NCBI GenBank assembly: GCA_964393625.1
Contig: CAYMUT010000018.1
Coordinates: 33,564 to 97,563 of the forward strand
Length of the DNA stretch: 64,000 nt
Reading direction: 5' to 3'
Source of the DNA: an uncultured Pseudomonadales bacterium
GTDB lineage: Bacteria; Pseudomonadota; Gammaproteobacteria; Pseudomonadales; Azotimanducaceae
In this document: positions 50,763 through 60,604 of the stretch, one piece after another
How the letters are laid out: each line of letters opens with the position of its first letter
How positions within the stretch are numbered: position 1 is the stretch's first letter
Program-made: the position numbers and the translations under genes
The notes under the pieces: generated by a model
Seen by the model: the letters and a program-made list of their open reading frames with translations, nothing else
Told to the model about the DNA's origin: nothing
The model's database searches: none

Positions 50763-51914
50763 ATGCACATGCCGATGATTCTCAACGAAGAGCAGAACAT
50801 GCTCAAAGACAGCGCCAAAGACTTCTGCGCCAACAGTGCGCCGATCAGTCAGCTGCGTTCGTTGCGTGACGAGGACAATGCCGATGGCTACGACAAGGCC
50901 ACGTGGAGTTCAATGGTTGAACTGGGCTGGTCTGCGATCCCCTGGGGCGAAGAGCACGGCGGTCTGGCGTTCGGTTACAAGGGTCTCGGTGTTGTGACAG
51001 AAGAAACCGGGCGTACTCTGGCGGCAAGCCCCATGTACGGTACCGTCTGGGTTGGCGGTACGCTGGTCAACATCGGCGGCAGCGATGCCCAGAAAGCCGA
51101 TATTCTCCCCCAGCTCGCGGGCGGTGAACTGCTGCTGGCACTGGCGCTTGAAGAAGGCCACCGTCACGCACCCTACAACATAGCCACTTCAGCGGAAGCA
51201 GCGGGTGACGGCTATACCATCAACGGCAGCAAGACCTTTGTGCTCGATGGCCACGTGGCAGACAAACTGATCGTCGCAGCGCGCACCGGCGGGGACGCCG
51301 ACGCTCGTGACGGCATGACACTGTTTCTGGTTGATCGTGGCGCCGACGGCGTGAACGTTATCCGCACCAAGATGGCTGACTCACGTAATGCTGCAAACAT
51401 TGAGTTGAGCAACGTCTCTGTAGACGGCGACGCGGTTCTTGGCGAGGTAGGAAAGGGCGCCGATGTGCTTGACCCCGCCCTGGATATCGCCCGCATCGGC
51501 CTCTCGGCGGAAATGCTGGGCAGTCTGCAGGAGTGCTTCGAGCGCACCGTCGAGTATCTCAAAGAGCGTAAGCAGTTCGGCGTCGCCATCGGCAGCTTCC
51601 AGGCTCTCAAGCATCGCGCTGCGAATATGTTCTGTGAGATCGAGTTGTCCAAATCCTGCGTGCTGGAAGCACTCACCGCGCTGGACGAAGGCCGCGATGC
51701 AGAAGAGGTGGCTAAGCTTGCCAGCCTTACCAAGGCGAAAGTGGGTGAGACCTTCAATCTGGTGTCTCGCGAGGGCATTCAGATGCACGGCGGTATCGGC
51801 ATGACCGATGAATTCGACATCGGTTTCTTTATCAAGCGCGCCGCGGTGACCGAGCAGACCTTCGGTGATGTGAACTTCCACCGCAATCGCTACGGCGAAC
51901 TGGAAGGGTACTAG
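50763..51914 (+). CDS. acyl-CoA dehydrogenase
   Basis: ACAD domain pattern: LALEEG, TINGSKTFVLDGHVAD, QFGVAIGSFQALKHRAANM, IQMHGGIGMTDE. ATG 50769 is also possible. Confidence 0.85.
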   Translation: MHMPMILNEEQNMLKDSAKDFCANSAPISQLRSLRDEDNADGYDKATWSSMVELGWSAIPWGEEHGGLAFGYKGLGVVTEETGRTLAASPMYGTVWVGGTLVNIGGSDAQKADILPQLAGGELLLALALEEGHRHAPYNIATSAEAAGDGYTINGSKTFVLDGHVADKLIVAARTGGDADARDGMTLFLVDRGADGVNVIRTKMADSRNAANIELSNVSVDGDAVLGEVGKGADVLDPALDIARIGLSAEMLGSLQECFERTVEYLKERKQFGVAIGSFQALKHRAANMFCEIELSKSCVLEALTALDEGRDAEEVAKLASLTKAKVGETFNLVSREGIQMHGGIGMTDEFDIGFFIKRAAVTEQTFGDVNFHRNRYGELEGY

Positions 51915-51923
51915 AGCGTACGC

Positions 51924-52430
51924 CTAGTTCTTCTTCGGTATGCCGATGACATGACCGACCTGGGCTGGTATCTCCAGCCCGGCGTGGGCATCTCGTAACT
52001 CTTCGAGTCTGAGCAGTACTTCATCCGGAAATGGTGCTGAACGACGGCTGGCCATGTCTACATGCATGCCGATCTGTTCCGATGTGGCGGCAATGTAACC
52101 TTCGCCGCGGTGATGCATCTGTTCGAAAAAATGTACCCGCTTGTGATCGAAATCGAGCAGTTGGAAGTGCACCTCGACCTCATCCCCGAGAGACAGCTCC
52201 TGCAGGTAGTGCAGGTGCACTTCCATGGTGAAGCATGAGCCGTTACCGCTTGCGGTATAGTCCTCGCCGATGCCGAGAAAGTCGTACACATGATCCACGC
52301 CCTTGTCGAAGATCACATTGTAAAACGCCATGTTGAGGTGATTGTTGTAATCGATCCAGTCTGGGATCACCCGTTGCACAGGGCAGATCGCCGGCGCGCC
52401 GAGTGGGTGGGTGGATTGCGTCATGAGCAA
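51924..52430 (-). CDS. hotdog-fold acyl-CoA thioesterase (4HBT/YbgC-like)
   Basis: VIPDWIDYNNHLNMAFYNVIFDKGVDHVYDFLG. 168 aa. Confidence 0.75.
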   Translation of the reverse strand: MLMTQSTHPLGAPAICPVQRVIPDWIDYNNHLNMAFYNVIFDKGVDHVYDFLGIGEDYTASGNGSCFTMEVHLHYLQELSLGDEVEVHFQLLDFDHKRVHFFEQMHHRGEGYIAATSEQIGMHVDMASRRSAPFPDEVLLRLEELRDAHAGLEIPAQVGHVIGIPKKN

Positions 52431-52492
52431 CTTGCTTCTGTGTGTGTGCCGGCATATTACCCGACTAGCGAACCGGTATACACTTCACGCCA

Positions 52493-52915
52493 ATGACTGA
52501 GCAAGCTACGAGCAGCCCAAGGCGTCAGGTACCGCGCTTTCTACAAGTAGGGGCTATCGGCTTTCTCATTGATGCGGGTGTGCTGGGGGTGCTTGTTTAC
52601 GGGCTGGGATTGCCACCGGTCCCGGCGCGGAGCGTGTCGTTTGCCGCAACCATTGTGGTGACGTTTGTACTGAACGCCCGTTATACCTTTTCGGCTTCGC
52701 TTCGTGCCTCGAACAAAGGCCGCTATGCGGCAATCCAGCTGATCGGTGCGGGCATTAATTTTGTCAGCTATACAATGCTGGTTGGGTTGGGCCCCATGCG
52801 CGACTGGCCCATCGCCGCGTTGGTTGTCGGCTCTGCGCTGTCATCGGCGCACAATTTCTACATGATGCGTCGATTTGTGTTCGTCGCTGCGGTTGAATCT
52901 GAAACCAAGTCGTGA
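52493..52915 (+). CDS. GtrA family membrane protein
   Basis: 140 aa with four TM segments. FLQVGAIGFLIDAGVLGVL ... NFYMMRRFVF. Confidence 0.75.
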   Translation: MTEQATSSPRRQVPRFLQVGAIGFLIDAGVLGVLVYGLGLPPVPARSVSFAATIVVTFVLNARYTFSASLRASNKGRYAAIQLIGAGINFVSYTMLVGLGPMRDWPIAALVVGSALSSAHNFYMMRRFVFVAAVESETKS

Positions 52916-54010
52916 CTAGCGGCATTCCCCCTGCATGGCGTTGATCCACGCATCGATCAACGCTGCACCCTCAATATGGGCCAGAGATCTGCCCAGCTCA
53001 GGCATCATCGTTGCCGGGTTTGTGGTGCGCATACGGAACGGCATAATCGAGCTGGCGGCGTCGCCAGGTACGATGCTGTAGTTGAAGCCACCGGAACCAC
53101 GTCCTGCGGCGATAGGTGGTTTGCACACGCCCAGCGCCCCAGGTGCGTGGTCTTCGTAGTCGAGCAGCAGCCCTGACGTATCTGCGGCGCCAGCTTCATT
53201 GTGGCAATGGCCGCAATTTATATCGAGGTACGAGCGCGCCATGTGATCCAGTTCTGCGGTGGCATCGCCCCAGCGGGCATTGGCGGGAATCGTCGCAGGA
53301 TCGGGTACCGCCTGCAGCCATCCGGCAGTGCTGAGATCGGTTATCTGGTTGCGCCCGTGTACCGGGTCTTCACGGTTCAGGTGGCGGGCTTTGATACCAA
53401 TGGGCTGTACTTCGCCGCTGGTGTGATTACTGGCGTGACAGCTCGCGCATTCATTGCGGCTTGGTACGATGTAGTTGAATGCTTCGCCGTCCGCGGTGTT
53501 CAGCGTGAACAGGTCACCGGTAATGCTGAGATAGGCGTCGTCGCCCCGCCAGACATAGGGCAGCGCGTCCCAGCCATGGGGTTGATGGACCAGCAGTCTG
53601 GTTTCAACGAATCGGATCGACTTGTCCGCCAGGCTTGCCGGGTTCTCATCCCACTGTGCGTCGAGCAAGATGCCGCCTTCATCGTCAGATTGATATAGAA
53701 AAGTCTTGCTGATCACGCTGCCGACAGGCAGATCGAAAGCCTCGCTGGCATGGTACTGGCCCGTTGTACCGTCAGGCAGATAGATCGTGCGCAGTTTCAG
53801 GGCGTAGTCGGTGAACAGCGGGGTATTGAGAGAATAAACGTAGCTGTGGTCAGGTACCAGCAAGACGCTGGCGTCTGAAGAAATCGCGCCCCACGCGGAA
53901 AGACGCTCGGGATACTGGTTCGGCTCGTGCAGCGTGACCGGGCGGTCGCCGCTGCAGGCGCACAGCAGCGCCAGCAGCAGGCCGAAAATCCAGTGCTTAT
54001 TCGGCACCAA
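52916..54010 (-). CDS. diheme c-type cytochrome lipoprotein (SO2930/HNE_0200-like family, function unknown)
   Basis: Lipobox LLCAC and two CxxCH motifs (CASCH, CGHCH). Family name recalled from memory. Paired with a beta-helix protein, as I recall for that family. Confidence 0.65.
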   Translation of the reverse strand: MVPNKHWIFGLLLALLCACSGDRPVTLHEPNQYPERLSAWGAISSDASVLLVPDHSYVYSLNTPLFTDYALKLRTIYLPDGTTGQYHASEAFDLPVGSVISKTFLYQSDDEGGILLDAQWDENPASLADKSIRFVETRLLVHQPHGWDALPYVWRGDDAYLSITGDLFTLNTADGEAFNYIVPSRNECASCHASNHTSGEVQPIGIKARHLNREDPVHGRNQITDLSTAGWLQAVPDPATIPANARWGDATAELDHMARSYLDINCGHCHNEAGAADTSGLLLDYEDHAPGALGVCKPPIAAGRGSGGFNYSIVPGDAASSIMPFRMRTTNPATMMPELGRSLAHIEGAALIDAWINAMQGECR

Positions 54011-55238
54011 ACTGAATGGGCTCCAGTTTCGCTAGATCACAGCTATGGCTCTCCATATCTACCCGCGGGTTGGCGAACTCGTTGGCGGTATCGATATTGA
54101 GCAGTTCGGCAGCGCCATTGCGCACACAGATGACCGCAAGATCTTCGGCTTTTTCGGGGTTCACGATGCCGTCCCAGATGATGTCTGGAAAGGCGCCCTC
54201 AGCGCCGTATACAGCATCGCGCAGCTGCACCAGGTAATCACTTCCAGGTGCACTGCCGCCGCCTTCGAAACGGTTGTCGTAAATGTAGATTTCCTCCGGG
54301 TAGGGGTCGAATTCTGCTGCCAGTTCCTTCTGCCCGGCGTAGTTCGCGCTGAAGTAGCTCGATACCAGCACGTTGGCGGTATTGTTGTTGGTGACGTCGT
54401 TGTCGAAAATTTCGACGCGGTCATTGGAGTTGACGATGATGCCCGATCCGGATGGTACGCCGGAAACGGCGGTACCAGGTGCGGCGAAGTTGCGCGTATT
54501 GTTGTTATGTACCTGGTTGTTATACACCCGGGTGCTGTGTCCGCGCTGGGGAATCTGCGGCATATTGAAAACTAGAATGCCGCCGGTGTTATCAACCGCT
54601 TCATTTTCGTAAACATCTGCACCGATGGTGTTTTCGATTTCGATGCCGGCGACATTGAAGCTGGCCTTGTTGTGGCGCACCACGACATTGCGCGACTGGC
54701 CGACGTAGATGCCTGCATCGGATGCGGCGATTGCGACTGATCCTTCCACCAGCGTATTGGTCGTCTGCACCGGGTAGATGCCGTATGCGCCGTTGCTGAC
54801 GTCGGGTCCGTTGGTCCATTCAGTACGCACCCGGCGGATGACGATGTTGTTGCCTTCATTGACTTTGAGGGCATCGCCGATGGTGTCTTCAATGGCCAGA
54901 TCTTCGATCAGAAAGTCACTGGCGCTGACGCTCAGGCCTTCGGCTCCTGCAATCTGGCCGGCAAAGCTCAGTATGCTCTTGTCCATGCCGGCGCCGCGGA
55001 TGGTGACGTCGTCAGTATTGAGCAGCAGGCTGCGTTTGAAGGTGAATGTGCCTTGTGGAATCTCGATGACATCGCCGGGTGAGGCGGTTTCCAGGGCGGC
55101 GCGAAGTTGTTCCGGGTACCCGGCGGCCGAGTCGGCAGGGGCTGCTGCATCCTGGACGGGAGGCTGTGCCGGCTGCTCGCCGCAGCCGGCCATGAGCGTG
55201 ACTAAAATGGTTGTTACGACCAGACAGATGTTGCGCAT
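53997..55238 (-). CDS. parallel beta-helix repeat lipoprotein (NosD/CASH-like)
   Basis: Lipobox LMAGC. Repeated G-x-x-V/I-x-N beta-helix turns (AGIYVGQSRNVVVRHN, AGIEIENTIGADVYEN, GGILVFN). Overlaps the downstream cytochrome gene by 14 nt. Confidence 0.7.
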   Translation of the reverse strand: MRNICLVVTTILVTLMAGCGEQPAQPPVQDAAAPADSAAGYPEQLRAALETASPGDVIEIPQGTFTFKRSLLLNTDDVTIRGAGMDKSILSFAGQIAGAEGLSVSASDFLIEDLAIEDTIGDALKVNEGNNIVIRRVRTEWTNGPDVSNGAYGIYPVQTTNTLVEGSVAIAASDAGIYVGQSRNVVVRHNKASFNVAGIEIENTIGADVYENEAVDNTGGILVFNMPQIPQRGHSTRVYNNQVHNNNTRNFAAPGTAVSGVPSGSGIIVNSNDRVEIFDNDVTNNNTANVLVSSYFSANYAGQKELAAEFDPYPEEIYIYDNRFEGGGSAPGSDYLVQLRDAVYGAEGAFPDIIWDGIVNPEKAEDLAVICVRNGAAELLNIDTANEFANPRVDMESHSCDLAKLEPIQFGAE

Positions 55239-55265
55239 GATTTCTCTACCTTTATTTGTCTACCT

Positions 55266-56300
55266 TTAGACGAGTAACAGTGTGCGGTCTATGGTCCAGT
55301 ATGCGGCCATGCAGCCCATACCCCAAGCGCCTGCGCGGATGAGATGCTGCATGGAAAAAAAGCGCATGGCCAGGCGGCTGATCACCACGATCACCGCGAC
55401 GATCATGAGTTGCCCAACTTCAATGCCGATGTTAAACAGCAGCAGTGACATCCACAATGCATCGTCCGGTAATCCAACGTCGCGCAGGGCCCCGGCGAAA
55501 CCCAGTCCGTGCAACAGGCCGAATACGAAGGCCATGATCCACGGCGCGCCCTGGGTCAGGCGTGAGCGCTGTGATTCATCCTGAACCAGCTCCCGGGCCA
55601 GGAACAGAATCGACAGAGCAATGACCGCTTCCACCGGCCCCTGTTCCAGACTTACCCAGCCCAGAATTGACAGAGCCAGGGTAATGCTGTGGGCCACGGT
55701 GAAAGCGGTGATTGTTTTGATCAGCGCCCAGGGTTCGCGGATGAACAGTACGAGACCGATGATGAACAGCACGTGGTCAATGCCGAACAGCAGATGCTCG
55801 ACACCAATCACCAGGTAGCTCAACGTCGGCGCGGCGTCGTTGCGCAGATCAAGGGTGGGTGATTCCGGACGCAGAATATAATTTCTGGTTTCGCCGTCGG
55901 CGCTGTCGAATCGGACCAGCACGTCTGTCAGGGTCACCGACAGGCCGCTGATATGAATGGCGCCGTCAGTCAGGTCGCAGGACGTCACCCAGCGATGGAT
56001 CAGTGCGCTGGAGGTGACTTCGGGAGGCTGCTGATCGGTGAGTTCGCAGCCTTCGGGAAATACCGGGTCGATGGCCAGGCGTCCGTTCTGCACCACCGGT
56101 TGTTTCCACAATACTTCGAAATAAGTCTGCTCCGCCTCGACACGTTCGCTGATCTGCAGGAATGCCGGTCTGACCTCGTGCGCGAACGATGGCTGGACGA
56201 ACAGGCAGGCCAGCAGGCCTAACAGGGCCAGGCACGGTGGCGTCAAACGACTGGTTCCGCTGGGACGCGGTACCTGGTTTGTATGCAGTGTGTGGCTCAC
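55266..56300 (-). CDS. HupE/UreJ-like membrane protein
   Basis: Periplasmic N-domain after a signal peptide ending FAHE. Membrane domain with GVEHLLFGIDHVLFIIGLVLF and LLHGLGFAGAL motifs. Confidence 0.7.
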   Translation of the reverse strand: MSHTLHTNQVPRPSGTSRLTPPCLALLGLLACLFVQPSFAHEVRPAFLQISERVEAEQTYFEVLWKQPVVQNGRLAIDPVFPEGCELTDQQPPEVTSSALIHRWVTSCDLTDGAIHISGLSVTLTDVLVRFDSADGETRNYILRPESPTLDLRNDAAPTLSYLVIGVEHLLFGIDHVLFIIGLVLFIREPWALIKTITAFTVAHSITLALSILGWVSLEQGPVEAVIALSILFLARELVQDESQRSRLTQGAPWIMAFVFGLLHGLGFAGALRDVGLPDDALWMSLLLFNIGIEVGQLMIVAVIVVISRLAMRFFSMQHLIRAGAWGMGCMAAYWTIDRTLLLV

Positions 56301-57097
56301 GCGTTGTCCGGGTAGGTAATCGAATAGCGTACCTTGAGGTCGTCGTAGTAGGCCTCGTTGGCGGCATCCCTGGCAGCCTGCTGAGCGTCAACTGCAACGC
56401 GGTCGCGCACGGCCTCGAAGGGGCGCACGGTTTCATCGGCGATTTCAGTAAGCCGGATGGCATGCCAGCCATAGGCAGATCGAATGGGTCCCTGCCATTG
56501 ATCCGAAGTGCCCAGTTCCGCCAGCGCCGCGGCGAATTCCCGACCAAACAGGTCACCGATTTCGCGTTCGGAGCGCAGTGCGTACTCCCGTTGCAGCATG
56601 AATGGATCGCCGATCACCTTCGGCTCGGTCAGTGCTGCGGAAGCATCTGCTTCGGCATCGCTGCGCCGGTCTGCGGAGAAGTAGCGGTGCCGAAAGCTGA
56701 ATCGCCGGGGTAGACGATAATCGTCGACATTGTTCTGGTAGAAGGTGCGCAGTTCTTCTTCGCTGGGCGGTATGGCAGTAGCGATGTCTTCGGTGAGGAA
56801 CGTCAGTTTCTGAACCATGCGACGGCGCACGATGGTGTCGTTGGCGTCGAGCCCGAGTCGCTGTGCTTCACGGTAGTAAATTTCTTCCTTGACGAATTGC
56901 TCGACGAGGCCTGCCATCTCCAGTTCGTTGGGCGGACGGCGCATCTGCATGGACCATTGATCGCTGATACGTCGCAAATCCTGTTCGCCAACATCAATGC
57001 TGTAGGGAATGTCATCTTCCGCAAACAGGCCCGCAATATAGAAGATCGCCGTGCCGACGATCAGAAAAGCAACGAGGGGGTCTTTGATCCAGGTCAT
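56297..57097 (-). CDS. PpiC/parvulin-type peptidyl-prolyl isomerase-like protein, membrane anchored
   Basis: N-terminal TM helix. Rotamase-like C-terminus (WQGPIRSAYGWHAIRLTEI). ATGA overlap with the next gene. Confidence 0.65.
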   Translation of the reverse strand: MTWIKDPLVAFLIVGTAIFYIAGLFAEDDIPYSIDVGEQDLRRISDQWSMQMRRPPNELEMAGLVEQFVKEEIYYREAQRLGLDANDTIVRRRMVQKLTFLTEDIATAIPPSEEELRTFYQNNVDDYRLPRRFSFRHRYFSADRRSDAEADASAALTEPKVIGDPFMLQREYALRSEREIGDLFGREFAAALAELGTSDQWQGPIRSAYGWHAIRLTEIADETVRPFEAVRDRVAVDAQQAARDAANEAYYDDLKVRYSITYPDNA

Positions 57098-57909
57098 CAG
57101 TTCATCTCGAAGCCGCCGGCGACCGCCAGGGCTATGCCGCTTACGTTTTCCGCGCAGGCCAGATATACCACGGCCTCTCCCATGTCGCGGGTGGTCTGTG
57201 GTCGGCCCAGGGGGATGGTGCTCTGCATCGTTGTGGTGAATTCCTCTTCCTTCTGTGCGTCGCTAGTGGCGTTGGTCGGCAGCAGGTGTTCCAGCCACAT
57301 GGCGGTGCCGACCATACCGGGACAGATGGCGTTGACGCGGATGTTGGCAGGCGCCAGTTCCGCCGCCAGTGATTGGGTAACGCCGATGGCGGCGAATTTC
57401 GAGCCGCAATAGGCCGACATGTTGGGGTAGCCCTTCTTGCCGGCGATGGAAGCGGTGTTGATGATGCTGGCCTGATTCGAAGTCTTGAGGTGGGGCAGCG
57501 CTGCCTGAGTCATGAGGAAGATACCCTTGGTGTTGACCGCGAATATACGGTCCCATGCTTCGACGTCGAAAGTGTCAACCGGGCCGCTGTCGACAACCCC
57601 TGCGTTGTTGACCAGGATATCAATGGCGTTGAACCGGTCCACTGTCGCCGTGACGGCTGCTGTGCAGCTGTGCGGGTCGGTGACATCCACATGGGTGGCG
57701 TCAATGTCCTCACCCAGGGCCAGCACCTTGCGCAGGTCGTCTTCGTCCGCCAGCGCATAGCGCCAGTCGGAGCTTGCCTGGGAGGCAACGCCGATGTCGG
57801 CAATCATGACTTTGGCTCCGGCTTCCGCCAGACAGGCGACGATACCGGCCCCGATGCCCCGGGCGCCGCCGGTCACCAGAGCGACTTTGCCTTCCAGTGA
57901 AAGCACCAT
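57097..57909 (-). CDS. SDR family oxidoreductase
   Basis: TGGARGIGAGI, NNAG, and the S...YCGSK catalytic motif. GAGGGGG lies 5 nt before ATG 57909. Its stop overlaps the PPIase-like start by 1 nt (TGATG). Confidence 0.85.
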   Translation of the reverse strand: MVLSLEGKVALVTGGARGIGAGIVACLAEAGAKVMIADIGVASQASSDWRYALADEDDLRKVLALGEDIDATHVDVTDPHSCTAAVTATVDRFNAIDILVNNAGVVDSGPVDTFDVEAWDRIFAVNTKGIFLMTQAALPHLKTSNQASIINTASIAGKKGYPNMSAYCGSKFAAIGVTQSLAAELAPANIRVNAICPGMVGTAMWLEHLLPTNATSDAQKEEEFTTTMQSTIPLGRPQTTRDMGEAVVYLACAENVSGIALAVAGGFEMN

Positions 57910-58048
57910 CCATTCCCCCTCAATTCTCGTCAAACACTCGCTGGGAATTGTTATCGTTCCCAGCAGCGGGGCAGCTTACTGGTTTATCGGGATGAAGTTA
58001 AGAAGTAGCATGTGCGTGTCAAAATCAGATCTGTTTGGGGGACCTTAC

Positions 58049-58837
58049 ATGAGTTACGAAACGCTGCTTTACGACGTGGCCGACGGTGTAGCCACCATCA
58101 CCATCAATCGACCGGATGCGGCCAATGCCATGTCGCCGCTGTGTGCCCGAGAGTTCAATGAAGTCTCTCTCGAGGTGGAAGGCAATAGTGAAATTCGAGC
58201 GGTGATACTGACCGGTGCCGGCAAGATGTTCTGCGCTGGCGGAGACCTCGGCGATTTTGTCGCCGCGGGAGACAAAGCGCGTTCGCTGCTGTTACAGATG
58301 ACCGGCGATCTGCATCTGGGTATTTCCCGGCTGTCACGAAATGCCGCCCCGGTAATCGGCGCCATTAACGGCACCGCCGCGGGTGCTGGTTTTTCCATGG
58401 TCATGCTGTGTGATCTGGCCATTTCTGCAGCCAGCGCGGTTTACACCATGGCTTACACCAATGCGGGGCTCTCGCCTGATGGCAGTTCCACGTTCTTCAT
58501 GCCGCGCAAGATCGGTGACCGCAGAGCGCGCGAGCTGATGCTGACCAACCGCGTGTTGAAAGCCGAAGAAGCCCTGGAATGGGGTGTGGTCAATCAGGTT
58601 GTGCCTGATGAACAGCTGATGGACGAAGCCAGGCAGCTGGCTACCAGACTGGCCAAGGGGCCAACCCAGGCTTTCGGGCAGGTGAAGGCGTTGCTCAACA
58701 CTACATTTGATAACTCCCTCGAAACCCAGATGGAACTGGAAGCCCGCGCCATTGCAGACATGGTGGGTACCGCTGACGGTCAGGAAGGGCTGGATGCCTT
58801 CTTCAACAAGCGTAAGCCGGATTTCAAAGGAGCATGA
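58049..58837 (+). CDS. enoyl-CoA hydratase/isomerase family protein
   Basis: [46 protein letters not shown] lies before ATG 58049. The track start at 57794 is antisense to the SDR gene. Confidence 0.85.
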   Translation: MSYETLLYDVADGVATITINRPDAANAMSPLCAREFNEVSLEVEGNSEIRAVILTGAGKMFCAGGDLGDFVAAGDKARSLLLQMTGDLHLGISRLSRNAAPVIGAINGTAAGAGFSMVMLCDLAISAASAVYTMAYTNAGLSPDGSSTFFMPRKIGDRRARELMLTNRVLKAEEALEWGVVNQVVPDEQLMDEARQLATRLAKGPTQAFGQVKALLNTTFDNSLETQMELEARAIADMVGTADGQEGLDAFFNKRKPDFKGA

Positions 58838-59709
58838 TGAACACAGCAGAACACGCGAAGAAATCCGTCGAGGTCCTTGGCAAGACCATGAGCTATGTGG
58901 AGATGGGCGAGGGCGCCCCGATCGTTTTTCAGCACGGCAATCCCACGTCGTCCTACCTGTGGCGCAACATTCTGCCCCACACAGCGCATCTGGGGCGTTG
59001 TATCGCGCTGGATCTCATCGGCATGGGCGATTCCGAAAAGCTGGAGGACTCCGGGCCCGCCCGCTATACCTTTGCCGAGCACTATCGCTATTTTGATGCG
59101 GCCATGGAGGCGCTGGGCGTTACCGAAAACGTAACCCTGGTCATCCATGACTGGGGCTCAGCGCTGGGGTTTCACTGGGCCAACCAGCATCGCGACGCGG
59201 TGCAGGGCATCTGTTACATGGAGGCCATCGTGGCGCCCATGCCCACCTGGGATGACTTCTCCAAAGATGCCGCGCCGGTATTCCAGGGTTTCCGGTCCCC
59301 TGCCGGTGAGGAAATGGTGCTGGAAAAGAACATTTTCGTCGAACGGGTACTGCCTGGATCAGTGCTGCGTGGGCTGACCGAAGAAGAAATGGCGGTGTAC
59401 CGGCGACCGTTCGCCAACCCTGGTGAAGATCGACGTCCTACGCTGACCTGGCCGCGCCAGATTCCCATCGAGGGTGAGCCCCCGGAAGTGGTTGAGATTG
59501 CCCGGGCGTATGCAGAGTGGTTAGGTCACAGCAATGTAAAAAAACTGTTCATCAATGCCGAGCCCGGCGCCATTCTGACCGGCAGAATGCGCGACCTGTG
59601 CCGCACCTGGCCCAATCAGACAGAGGTGACGGTAGCCGGTTCGCATTTCATCCAGGAAGACAGCCCCGACGAGATCGGCCAGGCGCTCGTTGATTGGATG
59701 AGTGCCTAG
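58834..59709 (+). CDS. haloalkane dehalogenase (HLD-II type alpha/beta hydrolase)
   Basis: [12 protein letters not shown] (halide-binding Asn), [11 protein letters not shown] (nucleophile Asp plus Trp), YMEAIV (Glu), [10 protein letters not shown] (His). ATGA overlap with the upstream hydratase. Confidence 0.85.
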   Translation: MMNTAEHAKKSVEVLGKTMSYVEMGEGAPIVFQHGNPTSSYLWRNILPHTAHLGRCIALDLIGMGDSEKLEDSGPARYTFAEHYRYFDAAMEALGVTENVTLVIHDWGSALGFHWANQHRDAVQGICYMEAIVAPMPTWDDFSKDAAPVFQGFRSPAGEEMVLEKNIFVERVLPGSVLRGLTEEEMAVYRRPFANPGEDRRPTLTWPRQIPIEGEPPEVVEIARAYAEWLGHSNVKKLFINAEPGAILTGRMRDLCRTWPNQTEVTVAGSHFIQEDSPDEIGQALVDWMSA

Positions 59710-60578
59710 CTGGGTTCCGTTTGCGCGATGCGCAGACCGAGCACGATCACCAGCAGGGCGCCCACAGCGCCCCAGGTAATGTATTCGCCGAGTACGAAGT
59801 GAATTAACACCAGCGACACAAAAGGAGACAGGAAGATCAGTTGCCCGATGCGTGCGGCCTGAGTGCTGAGGCGCAGCGCCTGTTGCCAGAGCAGAAAGGT
59901 AACGCCCATTTCGATCACACCTACCCAGGCGCCGTAGAACGCAGTATCGGCATTCATTGCAGGCAGTCCCGGTCCCAGCAAGCAGGCGATCAGCACCAAT
60001 GGGGTGCCCACCGAAAAGCTCCACAGCATCAGCGCCGCCGGCGGACTTGCGCTGCGTGTGTTGAGCAGCCAGTACGATGCCCACAACACCGTGCTGAACA
60101 GCGCCAGGGCGATGCCCAGCATATCCCAGGTGCCCGCTTCGCCCTGGTCGGCGGTAGCCAGCAGCAGCACCACGCCCAGATATGAAACGACGATGCCGCC
60201 CAGCATGCGCCGGGTCAGAGGTTGTTTGAGAATCGGTACGGCGAGCAGAGCCAGGGTGATGGCCCAGGTATAGTTCAGCGGTTGTGCAATATGCGCGGGC
60301 AGCCGGTCATATGCCGCAAACAGAATCAGATAATAGCAGCAGGGGTTGATTACGCCGAGGACTACAGCGAGCCCGATATCGGCGCGGCGGATCGCCCAGG
60401 AGCGGGTGAGCGCGGCATAAACTGCGAATACGCACCAGGACACCACGCTGCCGGCCAGCAGCAATTGCTCCACGGCCAGTACACCCAAGCCCAGTTTGAA
60501 TCCGGTAGCGACGCTGGACCACAGCAGCACTGCCGCCAGGGCGTACAGATAGGCTTGCGATTCTTTGTTGATTTGCAC
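59706..60578 (-). CDS. DMT (EamA) family transporter
   Basis: 290 aa and about 10 TM segments, with two EamA-like halves. Confidence 0.8.
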   Translation of the reverse strand: MQINKESQAYLYALAAVLLWSSVATGFKLGLGVLAVEQLLLAGSVVSWCVFAVYAALTRSWAIRRADIGLAVVLGVINPCCYYLILFAAYDRLPAHIAQPLNYTWAITLALLAVPILKQPLTRRMLGGIVVSYLGVVLLLATADQGEAGTWDMLGIALALFSTVLWASYWLLNTRSASPPAALMLWSFSVGTPLVLIACLLGPGLPAMNADTAFYGAWVGVIEMGVTFLLWQQALRLSTQAARIGQLIFLSPFVSLVLIHFVLGEYITWGAVGALLVIVLGLRIAQTEPS

Positions 60579-60604
60579 ACAGTGACTATATAGGACTCCA
60601 GCTT

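Noticed and set aside
52916-54010. The diheme cytochrome c could be the missing MauG for the amine dehydrogenase at 47.8-49.5 kb.
   Set aside because: The heme motifs lie at about residues 197 and 266 of a lipoprotein. I saw none of the cytochrome c peroxidase/MauG-type sequence features. The gene is embedded in its own tightly overlapped operon 3.4 kb away on a different transcription unit. It fits the beta-helix-associated diheme family better.
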